64,000 nucleotides of DNA from an uncultured Verrucomicrobiae bacterium (GTDB lineage Bacteria; Verrucomicrobiota; Verrucomicrobiia; Chthoniobacterales; UBA10450): the NCBI GenBank assembly GCA_963815455.1, contig CAWFGO010000002.1, forward strand, positions 608,001 through 672,000. The letters run 5' to 3'. Below the pieces are notes generated by a model. The model worked only from the letters and a program-made list of their open reading frames with translations, did no database searches and was not told the origin of the DNA. Each line of letters opens with the position of its first letter. The first letter of the stretch is position 1. The position numbers and the translations under genes are program-made. Positions 28,319 to 37,623 of the stretch are shown here, piece by piece.

Positions 28319-30198
28319 TATAGCAACCGTCGCTTATCGCCCACCCGTCGGGTAACGCCATCGCGGTCCAGCAATTCGAGCAACGGCACAATGATTCGCC
28401 GCGATGTTTGCAGTTCCTGGCGCAACTGGCTCACGGTAGCTGCGCCCTGCCCTGAAATAAATCGCGAGATCGCACTTTTCATTTGGGCGAAGGCTGACCG
28501 CGTTAGGAAGGTTTCGGGGACAAGTTCAACAATCTCGCCCTGTTCGATCAAAAATTTCATCGCTTTGCGCGATTCCGGATCGTCTTGCTTTTGATTCGGC
28601 GGATCGAACGGTTTAACCGAGAGACTGGCGACGATCTCCTGCGCGGCGTTCTTAAGCGCGGGCGGCAGCGCCGGAGAATGTGTGCGCAGCGCGATAGCGG
28701 ATCCAACGCGAGCAATATCTTTGCAGGCAAGATCGACAAGCAGGGCGTCGAAAGCCTCCTGCGAAAGGCCGGGAAGTTTTGCGCGCAGGTCGCTCAGTTC
28801 CATGCCAACCCGCTCGGGATACGTTTGATGCTCGGCTTGAACGAATGCGAGGACGCGATCGCGAAGCTCTTGCCACACACCAATATCGGCGGCGATCTTT
28901 CCGTTCGAAAAAATCTTTCCGCGCTGTTGCAGCCGGGTCAGCGCCGCGCCCACTTCCCCGGCACTGAAATGCGATCTGCCCAGCAGATTTTCAGACACGA
29001 TCGCACCGCGGCGCGCGATTTCCGTTTCCAGGCAAGTGTCAACATCTTCAAACGCAGTCGCGCGCGCCGTGAGCAGTTCGCGTTGCGCGTCGCTCCGGAA
29101 TTTTCTTTCGTCCCCATCCGGATCGAGCACGACTCCGCCGGCGATCGTGTGTTGTTCGGAGGGATCTCGCAGAACGAATTGATCGCCGAGAAAGGTGAGA
29201 ACGGGCGAGCCCAGCCGCAGCTGCGCCAGGGCATTTTCCCCGCCGGGCAACGCTTCCCTGTCGAGAAAAATCACTTTTGCCGGCACCCGCGACGTGCCGT
29301 GGTGCAAATAGGCGGACGCGCCGGACTTGAGTGGCGCTGCCCGCCGCAAACGGGGTGATCGGCTTAGAACAACATCAAGCGTTGCAGTCGGCTCGAATCC
29401 TTCAATCGCGACAACGTCGCCACGGACGACTTGTTCGCCGACGGCCACGTCCGGAAGATTGAGTGCCGTGCGCATCCCAGGTCCGGCAAGATCGACATCT
29501 TCCCCATGGGTTTGAATCGAACGGATGCGCGCGGCAAAGTTACGTGGCTGTACAACGACGGCATCGCCGCGACGGAGAGTCCCCCCGGTTAAGGTGCCGG
29601 TCACGACCGTGCCGATTCCGTGAAGCGTGAACACTCGATCGATGGACAAGCGCGGTTTGCCGATGTCGCGCTGCGGTTGCATTCCCGCGAGTTCGACGGC
29701 AAGCGCGCTTCTCAGATCCTCAATTCCTTCGTCGGTTCGAACCGAAGTTGGAATGATCGCAGATTGGGCAAGAGCGGTCCCGTGAAGTTGTTCTCGAATT
29801 TGTCCAGCCACCGAGTCGATGTTCCCCAAATCGCTTTTTGTCAGCGCGATCACTGCGCGTTGAACACCTAAGTATGTCAGAATCTGCAAATGCTCCTCTG
29901 TTTGCGGCATCCAACCATCATCCGCGGCGACAACCAAAAGCGCGAGATCGATCGAGCCAACCCCAGCGATCATGTTGCGGACGAAGTCCTCGTGACCGGG
30001 AACATCGACAATTCCTGCGTGAATGCCTTGGCCGAGATTCAACTCCGCAAAACCGAGGTCGATTGTTATTTGCCGCGCCCTTTCCTCAGGCAGCCGATCG
30101 GGATCAGTTCCCGTCAGCGCTTTGACCAACGCGCTCTTGCCATGATCGACGTGACCGGCAGTGGCGATGATGTAATGACGCGCTGTCACACTGTGCAC
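28318..30198 (-). CDS. selB: Selenocysteine-specific elongation factor
   Basis: TAGHVDHGKS, DRLPEERARQITIDLGF, DVPGHEDFVRNM, C-terminal winged-helix SRRIIVPLLELLDRDGVTRRVGDKR. Confidence 0.95.
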   Translation of the reverse strand: MHSVTARHYIIATAGHVDHGKSALVKALTGTDPDRLPEERARQITIDLGFAELNLGQGIHAGIVDVPGHEDFVRNMIAGVGSIDLALLVVAADDGWMPQTEEHLQILTYLGVQRAVIALTKSDLGNIDSVAGQIREQLHGTALAQSAIIPTSVRTDEGIEDLRSALAVELAGMQPQRDIGKPRLSIDRVFTLHGIGTVVTGTLTGGTLRRGDAVVVQPRNFAARIRSIQTHGEDVDLAGPGMRTALNLPDVAVGEQVVRGDVVAIEGFEPTATLDVVLSRSPRLRRAAPLKSGASAYLHHGTSRVPAKVIFLDREALPGGENALAQLRLGSPVLTFLGDQFVLRDPSEQHTIAGGVVLDPDGDERKFRSDAQRELLTARATAFEDVDTCLETEIARRGAIVSENLLGRSHFSAGEVGAALTRLQQRGKIFSNGKIAADIGVWQELRDRVLAFVQAEHQTYPERVGMELSDLRAKLPGLSQEAFDALLVDLACKDIARVGSAIALRTHSPALPPALKNAAQEIVASLSVKPFDPPNQKQDDPESRKAMKFLIEQGEIVELVPETFLTRSAFAQMKSAISRFISGQGAATVSQLRQELQTSRRIIVPLLELLDRDGVTRRVGDKRRLL

Positions 30199-31547
30199 GC
30201 CGCCCGAATCGCATCGACTACGAGATCATCCTGGTGCGGGAAAATTGTGCGCAGATCGAGCTTGAAACGATCGTCGGCGATGTAACCGATGACCGGCGGA
30301 CTTGCGGCACGCATGTTCTTTGCGAAATCTACGACCGAACCGTTTCCAGGAAGGATGTCGATGGTAATCGAGGACATGATCGACCGCGGCAATGTCCCAC
30401 CGCCGACCTTGGCTTTGCCTCGCCCGACCGCAATTTGCAGCGGTAGTCCCTTCAACCGCGAAAAAATGGCGGCTGCGCGGGCGCGCAGTTCATCTTTAGA
30501 AATCTGCAACAACGCGAGCGCCGGGATTTCGCCACTCGATTGATTGAGATGAAGATCGACGGTGGATTGCAGCGCGGCCAGGCAAAGTTTGTCGCAGCGC
30601 AGCGCGCGAAACAACGGTTCGCGTCTGAGCGCGGCAACGAAGCGCCTTTTCCCGGCGATGATTCCCGCCTGCGGTCCACCGAATAATTTATCGCCGCTGA
30701 AACAAACGAGATCGGCCCCGTTCTTCAACGCTTCGGCCGGCGTCGGCTCGTGTTCGTCAACTCCCAGTCGTTCCGATTCAACGATCGCGCCGCTTCCCAA
30801 ATCCTCCACGAACGGGACGCGCTTCTTTCGCGCGAGCGCAACGATCTCCGCCGATGAAGGCGATTCCACGAAACCGCTCATGAAAAAATTGCTACGGTGA
30901 ACTTTCAGAATCATTGCGGTGTCGCGTCCGATAGCGCGCGCATAATCGTTCAACGTGGTCTTGTTGGTCGCCCCGATCTCGCGCAGTTTGCCGCCGGCCG
31001 CTTCGATGATTTCCCCAATCCGAAAACCGCCACCGATCTGGACCATTTCACCCCGCGAGACGACAACATCGGATTTGGTCCTGGTAAAATGCTGCACGAT
31101 CAGAACCAGCGCGGCGGCGCAGTTATTTACGATGGCAACTGCTTCGGCGCCGCACAGTACGGCAATCGCATTCTCGATGTAGACGCCACGCTTGCCGCGT
31201 CCGCCCGTCACGAGATCGAATTCGAGATTCGAGTAACCGGCACCGGTCTCGGTGAGCGCACGAATTGTCTCCGGAGCGAGCGGCGCCCGCCCGAAGTTGG
31301 TATGAATGACGATGCCAGTCCCGTTGATAACCGGTTGAACGCGTCCGGCTCGAAGTTCCTCGAGCGAGCCGCGGACAAGATCGACAATGGATTCGACCGC
31401 GGGAACTTTCCCCCCGGCCCGAATGTTTGAAAGCTGGCGGCGAACAAGATCGACAACCAACGGACGCGGCAAGTCGATCGGCCCCATCGCGTCCAGCACT
31501 TTGGTGACCGCTGGAATATCGCGCCGCGTTGCTATTCGCTTATGCAT
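30186..31547 (-). CDS. selA: L-seryl-tRNA(Sec) selenium transferase
   Basis: VINGTGIVIHTNFGRAPL, VNNCAAA, SRGEMVQIGGGFRI, FSGDKLFGGPQAG. Confidence 0.95.
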   Translation of the reverse strand: MHKRIATRRDIPAVTKVLDAMGPIDLPRPLVVDLVRRQLSNIRAGGKVPAVESIVDLVRGSLEELRAGRVQPVINGTGIVIHTNFGRAPLAPETIRALTETGAGYSNLEFDLVTGGRGKRGVYIENAIAVLCGAEAVAIVNNCAAALVLIVQHFTRTKSDVVVSRGEMVQIGGGFRIGEIIEAAGGKLREIGATNKTTLNDYARAIGRDTAMILKVHRSNFFMSGFVESPSSAEIVALARKKRVPFVEDLGSGAIVESERLGVDEHEPTPAEALKNGADLVCFSGDKLFGGPQAGIIAGKRRFVAALRREPLFRALRCDKLCLAALQSTVDLHLNQSSGEIPALALLQISKDELRARAAAIFSRLKGLPLQIAVGRGKAKVGGGTLPRSIMSSITIDILPGNGSVVDFAKNMRAASPPVIGYIADDRFKLDLRTIFPHQDDLVVDAIRAACTV

Positions 31548-32584
31548 AAGAGCGGCTCCCTCGCCGAAACAACTTTGCCGATCACTGCGGCACAAGGCAC
31601 CCGACGCCGTTTCAAAAGGTTCCGCACTTTCTCCCAGCGGCTCGGCTTCACGCACAGAAGCAAGCCACCGCTGGTTTGCGCGTCGGTAAGGAGAATTCGT
31701 CGGATCGAAGACGTTTTTCCCCAATCGACAATCTTGTTCGCAGCTTTCAAGTTGTCGCTGCTACCCCCAGGAATACAATCGCGTCCGATCAACTCGAAAA
31801 CTTCTTTGTCGATGGCGGGAACTTGATCTGCGGAAATTTCAGCACTCACCCCGCTGGCCCGGCACATCGATCCGAGATGACCGAGCAATCCAAATCCGGT
31901 GATGTCGATCGCGGCTCGAATCAGGTCGCGTTCCGCCAGATCCGCGCCCACAGAATTAATTTTTGTCATGAGCGAGATGGTTTTCGCCGCCAGCGCGCGC
32001 GAGGTGACACCGCGTTTGATTCCGGTGGTGACGATACCGGTTCCAAGCGGTTTGGTCAGAACCAGCAAATCGCCTCGTCGCGCGTTGGCATTGGTCAACA
32101 TTTTGCGAAGATCGACAATTCCAGTGACGGCGAGGCCATAGATCGGTTCCGGGTTTCTGATGGAATGTCCGCCGATAATCGCGCAGCCGGCTTCGGCCGC
32201 TTTTTTCAAGCCGCCGCGCAAGATCGAGACAATTGTCTTCTGCGAGACCAGATTGGCTGGGAATCCCATAATGTTGAGCGCGGTGACGGGGCGCCCACCC
32301 ATTGCGAAAACGTCCGAGAGCGCATTGGCGGCGGCGATCTGTCCGTAAGCAAACGGGTCGTCCACTATCGGCGTAAAAAAATCCACGGTCTGCACGAGTG
32401 CGCGGTGTCGATCCAGACGATAAACGCCGGCATCGTCGGCCGTATTCGAATTCACGACGACGTTCCGGTTGGCGGGAAGCGGTAGCTGACGCAAAACTTG
32501 CATCAGGGCCGGTTGGCTCAGCTTGGAAGCTCACCCGGCGCAGGATGAAAGCGCAGTGAGTTTACGGATTTGTTCGCGCGACAT
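31532..32584 (-). CDS. selD: Selenide,water dikinase, selenoprotein form (Sec at codon 18, UGA at 32531-32533)
   Basis: AAGGAGGTG RBS then MSREQIRKLTALSSCAG-TGA-ASK in frame with DDAGVY, VDFFTPIVDDP, DAQTSGGLL. Confidence 0.93.
32486..32506 (-). promoter_or_regulatory. Putative SECIS hairpin of selD
   Basis: CTGATGCAA-GTT-TTGCGTCAG, apical loop about 33 nt after the UGA. Confidence 0.6.
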
Positions 32585-32620
32585 CGCGTTCACCTCCTTT
32601 CAATTGCTCGAGGCGTTTCC

Positions 32621-32651
32621 GCGGGATCCTTCGACTTCGCTCAGGATGACA
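32621..32651. repeat. GTCAT-type REP-like palindrome (single arm)
   Basis: Minus strand GTCATCCTGAGCGAAGTCGAAGGATC; related to 50066-50147 and 58056-58220. Confidence 0.7.
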
Positions 32652-32661
32652 AAGCATTTCG

Positions 32662-32758
32662 CGGAGAGGATAGGAATCGAACCTACCTCGCTCTCGCCGT
32701 GGCGGGATCGACAACGGTTTTGAAGACCGCGAGGGCCACCAGGCACCCCTCACTCTCC
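32662..32758 (-). tRNA. selC: tRNA-Sec(UCA), CCA not encoded
   Basis: Anticodon arm GCGGT-CTTCAAA-ACCGT, long variable arm, GTAGG-TTCGATT-CCTAT, discriminator G; inside the sel cluster. Confidence 0.93.
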
Positions 32759-32769
32759 CGAGAAAAGAA

Positions 32770-32811
32770 AACGTCCAAACCTCAACGTCCAACGCCCAAC
32801 GCCCAATCCCA
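32770..32811. repeat. Degenerate heptamer tandem repeat (6 units)
   Basis: AACGTCC AAACCTC AACGTCC AACGCCC AACGCCC AATCCCA. Confidence 0.75.
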
Positions 32812-32826
32812 GAGAAAGCAAAACGA

Positions 32827-33063
32827 TTACTTAAGCTTTTTAATCGCGCTGACGACCTGATCGAAATCGGGCCAGTCGCCGGAATCGAGTTTGGAATGGA
32901 GGAGCTTGCCATTGGCGCGGACTTCAAAGGCGCCGCCGCTCGAGGGAATAAGCGTAAGCGATTTGATGCGCTCGCCGAGTTCGAGAATTTGGGTCGCCAA
33001 ACTGACGGCCTTCGGCGTGTAGTTTCAAACCACGCAGTATTCGATCGATACTTCGGTTTTCAC
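32827..33063 (-). CDS. SelW/SelT/SelH (Rdx) family selenoprotein, CxxU (UGA at 33025-33027); not in the ORF track
   Basis: GGAAAGGAG RBS, GTG start, MKTEVSIEYCVV-U-NYTPKAVSLA...LIPSSGGAFEVRANGKLLHSK..G.WPD, 78 aa. Confidence 0.9.
32992..33010 (-). promoter_or_regulatory. Putative SECIS hairpin of the SelW-like gene
   Basis: GGCCGTCA-GTT-TGGCGACC, loop about 23 nt after the UGA. Confidence 0.5.
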
Positions 33064-33085
33064 ATTGGGCTCCTTTCCGGAGCAA

Positions 33086-33114
33086 ACGGTATCGATGCGA
33101 CCAAAAGCGGTCAA
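33086..33114 (-). promoter_or_regulatory. Putative sigma70 promoter of the sel cluster
   Basis: TTGACC-17 nt-TACCGT upstream of the SelW-like RBS. Confidence 0.45.
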
Positions 33115-33138
33115 GAAATGTAACTGCGTTTGTCGATC

Positions 33139-33906
33139 CTAGAAGGCAAAGTTAATGCCGCTGCGAAAACCTCCGAAGTTGTTTTGGTTTCCGTCGACGA
33201 CGTTCCAACTGTAATCGGTCATCCAGCTAATGTGTGGAGTGATCCGAACTTCAAGGCCGCCGCCGAATTGACCGACGGCTTCGGTGTGCTCGCCCCGGTG
33301 TTTAGTGTGAAAGACATCCCCCTTTTGATCAGGCACATCCTGCGGCTCGACTTCGAACCCGATTTTGTCCTGTTCGCCGCCACCGAAAATTGCGCCACCG
33401 CCGGCCCAAACATATGGGGCAAACCGGGTACAGGGAACCGGATAACGAAGTGTCAATGTGCCGAGGACTTCGCCGATGGCGCGGTGACGAGTAAATCGCT
33501 CGTGAATGAAAATGTCCTCGCCATCTGATTCGAGGTTGAAGGCTCCTTTTCGCGCACTGAGGACAAATCCCTCGACCCCAATCCCGAAGTAACGATGGAA
33601 AAAGTATTTGATGTCCGCTCCTCCGCCCCAGGCGTGGTCGTCGCCGATGTACTTGTCGAATACTCCGTAAACGGGATGACCCTCGGAGGCACTCTCAACA
33701 ATATCACCGAGGTCGGGATTGGGGGCGTATTCAGTGCCGGTGAAGACGTAGGTGCCCCACAAGCTGACGTTCCATTCGTTATCGGCATACCATTGCGGAC
33801 AGGGCGAAGGCACTATCTGCTTCATTTCCTTTCCCGAATACGAACCGGCCAGAGCGAGACTGGCGGGAAATGAGAAAATTGTCAGAGCCAAAATCAGTCG
33901 TTTCAT
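33139..33906 (-). CDS. Outer-membrane beta-barrel protein
   Basis: Signal peptide, YSGKEMKQ..P.CP, WGGGADIKYFF, APYVWAGGG, terminal GINFAF. Confidence 0.75.
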   Translation of the reverse strand: MKRLILALTIFSFPASLALAGSYSGKEMKQIVPSPCPQWYADNEWNVSLWGTYVFTGTEYAPNPDLGDIVESASEGHPVYGVFDKYIGDDHAWGGGADIKYFFHRYFGIGVEGFVLSARKGAFNLESDGEDIFIHERFTRHRAIGEVLGTLTLRYPVPCTRFAPYVWAGGGAIFGGGEQDKIGFEVEPQDVPDQKGDVFHTKHRGEHTEAVGQFGGGLEVRITPHISWMTDYSWNVVDGNQNNFGGFRSGINFAF

Positions 33907-33930
33907 AATCAAAAAGATTGTGTTCGTCGG

Positions 33931-34870
33931 TTAACGGTTGCGGGTGGAAACAGGCGCCTCGACTTCCTGCTCGCCGCCGGGGCCAAGCAGCCACGAGAAA
34001 ACGGCAAAGACTTGCACGCGCGGAGAATCATCCGTGCACCCGATCAAGGTCGAGACATCGAAGCGCGTGTTCTTTGTCGTGCGAAACGCGACCGTGGGTC
34101 CGATGACAAAAGTGTGCATCGGATCTCCGCGGGTGTCTTTAACAGTGAAATTTTTGTACTCCATCTCGACACCGACTTTTAGTTGCTCGCGCGGAAGCGC
34201 CACTGGTGTGACGACGCTTTGAGCGAATCCCCATTCGCGACCGCGGTCACCGGTATTTTCTTTTTCAAAAAATCCGTTCAAGGCCCATTCAAAGCGATGA
34301 CAGAATTCATCGGATAAGAGCAGCCGCAGTTCGTAGGCATCCGGAACCTTGGGCGGACCGCTTTCTTCTTCCTCTTTTTCGCCGGCGGGCGGAGGCGGAC
34401 CTTCCTCGTGCCGAATTGTTCCGACACCGAACTTGTATTCGGCAAAGATGGTCGGATTGAGCGGAATCTTGCCCCAATTAGCGAACGCATAGCGGCCTTC
34501 GAGACTCACCGTGGAAGGGCCACCGCCGCCATTGAATCGCTCGAAGTTCGCCTCGGCCGCAACGCCAAACCGGTAGGGCAAGCCCATTTCGGCTTCCTGA
34601 GTGAAAAGATGATCGGGCGGACCGTGCCGCAACGCGTCGCCTTCGTAAATCTCGCCAAAATAAAAGGTCCATGGCGGCAATACATACGCCGTCGTAAGCG
34701 GGGCAAAGCGGGTGCGCGAAAATCCACCCGGCGCACCGTAAGCACTTCCAATATCGTCCCCCGTTACGACGACATCTTCGACGGCCGTCTGTGCGCGGCA
34801 AAGCGTGCGGGACCACCAGGAGCGAAAGGAAAGCGAAGGCTGCGACTGGTAAAAACCGCGGTCTGGTCAT
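33931..34870 (-). CDS. Exported/outer-membrane protein (frameshifts in the 5' part)
   Basis: Signal peptide MTRPRFLPVAAFAFLSLLVVPHA in one frame and the beta-strand-rich body (33931-34680) in another. Confidence 0.55.
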
Positions 34871-34909
34871 AAAAATCTCCTCGAGCGTTGGCAAACGAAA
34901 CCCGCGAAT

Positions 34910-34927
34910 CATTACAGATGTGTAATG
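34910..34927. promoter_or_regulatory. CusR/CopR-like operator box
   Basis: Perfect inverted repeat CATTACA-GATG-TGTAATG about 40 nt upstream of the ATG at 34870. Confidence 0.6.
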
Positions 34928-35134
34928 TTTGGGCAAGCCCTTTTCACTGGACAATCCCGCCCTATTTTTGAAGCCTTGCGCATAATAGAAATGGGAACGG
35001 CGGCTGCCCGCTTCGACTTCCTCAGCTGCGACAATCCGCCAAGATCGCGAAAGCTGCGGGATTGAAGGGTCAGCCGCCGTTTTTTGGCACCACCCATGAA
35101 GGGCGCCTCTGAAATCATTTCATTTTTAGTCTCC

Positions 35135-37590
35135 TTAAAATTCTACCGAGATGCCCGCATAACCGGTGCGACGCGGCGCAGGCTCGATGCCGTTGCCAAA
35201 GATGCGATTGTAATATTTTAGATCGGCTAGATTAGAGATGCCCCCGATCAAACGGACATTCTTCGTGATGTACCAGAAACCGGAGAGATTGAAGACCTTA
35301 TAAGGCGGGACCTTCGGCGGAATGTTGGTTCGTATTGTCGTCTGACTAAAAGCAGATCGAGCACCGACATTTGTATCCGACCAGAATTGCGAAGAAACAT
35401 ACACTGCCGAGAAAGTCAGATTGAAACACTTTTCCTTTTGGAAGGAGATTCCGCCCTTCCATAAAAACTCCGGCGCGAAGTTCGGCGTGTTGCCGACAAT
35501 CGTTTTGCCATGTGGCGGCGGCAGGAGATTTGCCTGAGGCTGGGGCAGGTCGCTTTCGATAAATTCGGCATCGAGATACTGGGCGTTACTGAAAACGATC
35601 AGCTTAAACGGATGATAATCCGCCAGGGAGACGCCGGGAACAGCCGTGGATTTTGAATCGACAACGCCCTTGCCGGGCTCCGGCAACGGTTCGGGCACGG
35701 GCGGGTGTTGAAAGCGGGACAGAAAATCGTAGGAGATTTCGCCTTCGAAACCGCGGTGACGCGAACTGCCCGAGTTCAGGATGATGAAATCAGTGTTGCT
35801 AATGTTGAAGCTCTCGGTGCGATTATCGAATAACATCCAGAACGCGCCCACATCGTACCAAAAACCCTTAAATGGAGTGCCGTGGACGCCGAGTTCGAAA
35901 TCGAGAGAATGAAATGGATCAGGAATGTCCTCACCGGGCGCGATGGTTCGAGTCGTTCCGGCGATATCGAAGAATCGTGTCGGTCGCCAACCGGTTGTGG
36001 CACTGAAGTAGGTTTCATTCCTGTCCCCGAAATCATTGCCCAAGCCAACTCCCCAGAGCGGAACCCAGTGATCGGCACTGATGTGATCGGGACTGATCAA
36101 GGGGGAGCCGGGAGCAAGCGGAGGACTCAGCCACGGCGCGTGGGCCGAATCGACTTCCACGGTTTCGTGATCCAACCGGAAGGAAGCAACCAGGTGAAAT
36201 TTTCCGAGCCGGACAAGGTCCTCAAAGAAAAGCGCCTGGTAATCGGCAGTGCGATCCTGGTCGAGAGTCGGTCCGATGTCCGTGTCAACCCCAGCGATCC
36301 GCAGGATGGTATTGGCTGAGGATCCGCGGGGCGCGTAGAGAAAACCCGGGCCAAAATTGGCGATGGTCAGACCATTTGAGGTGTTGATGTTCGTCGCTTG
36401 GAGGGTATAACGTTGGAACGGCGCTTCGCCGTGGTAAACGAGTCCGCCAAACGTCAGAGCGTACTGCCCTTAAACATGGTGCCATCGCCCCAGTCTTTGC
36501 GGACGCGAATATCCGCGCCACCGTTATAGAACGTCTCATATCCGAAAGTTGTGCTTGTCGGAAATCCGCCGAGCCTGGTGATGTTCCCGCCGGCGCGGGC
36601 GTCTAGCTCCTGATGGGTAAACCAGCCCTTTGCTTGTAACAGCCAGCCGTCACCAAATGTATGTTCGTGACGTAGCACCGCGGTGTAACGATCCACCCAA
36701 TCCTCGATTGTACGGCGTGAGCGTTTGATTTTGGTCGGACTGAAACCGATAACGACTTGGAAGGCGTCCCGGAGTCGCCGCCTTCAAATCGACTGGCATA
36801 AAAATCAAGCGCCCACAGTTGATTCTCATCCGGCCGGTAACCGAGGTAACCATCCGCCTGCCACAAATCGTACCAGCTATTATCGCGCTGGCCGTCGGAA
36901 TGGACGTAGCCCGAAGCAACCGCAGCTCGACCGGGCCGGAGGCATCCTGGACGGAGCCATAGGTCGAATAGAATCCGTAGGCGCCGCCTAGAGCTTCCAG
37001 ATATGTGCTCCATGGCGTGCCAGGATGCGGGATGTTTCGTTACGAAATTAATTGCCGGGGCCGGCTCAGGACCGTAAAGCAAACTGCTCCCGCCGCGGAT
37101 CACTTGAACTTCGCTGACACTCTGCGGCAGCGGAAGATAGTAAAGCGTCGGGAACCCGATCCAATCGCTCATCAGCGGAACACCGTCCCGCATCACAAGG
37201 GTGTATTCGGATTCCTGCGGATTGCCCAAACCCCGATAACTGAAATTGAATTGCCCCGGCGTGTGCTGTTGCTCGGAAATCAGCAACCCCGGCGCTTTGG
37301 TGAAAAGCTCCTGGAGATTGTTATTTTCGACTGGCGGCTGTTGATCGAGTTTGATGACCGTTGCCTTTTTCGTGACGGTGATCTGCGTACCCGAGACTTC
37401 CGGCATCAGGTGATCGCGCTTTATCTTCCAATTGTCGTACGGTGTCGGGGTAGGCAACGGTTCTCCCGTCACTGTCACTCCTTCGGTTTGCATTGTTTGC
37501 CCGTGAATCAGCTGCTGGTTGCAAAGCAAACAACGAAGCCGGAGCAAGAATCGGAGGAGCGATTCGAAGCGTTAGAAAACCCAGAGACAA
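35135..37590 (-). CDS. TonB-dependent receptor (FecA-like); several frameshifts; start approximate
   Basis: VTVTG TonB-box-like, plug motifs (RGLG, VQVIRGGSSLLYGPE...INFVTK), terminal NLADLKYY..PAPRRTGYAGISVEF. Confidence 0.8.
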
Positions 37591-37623
37591 ACGAAATTTT
37601 TGTCGAGAAATGAAGAAATCATT

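Noticed and set aside
36170..36195. SRP RNA-like CCGGAAGGAAGCA motif
   Set aside because: Lies antisense within the TonB-receptor CDS and lacks the preceding CAGG and the surrounding long stem
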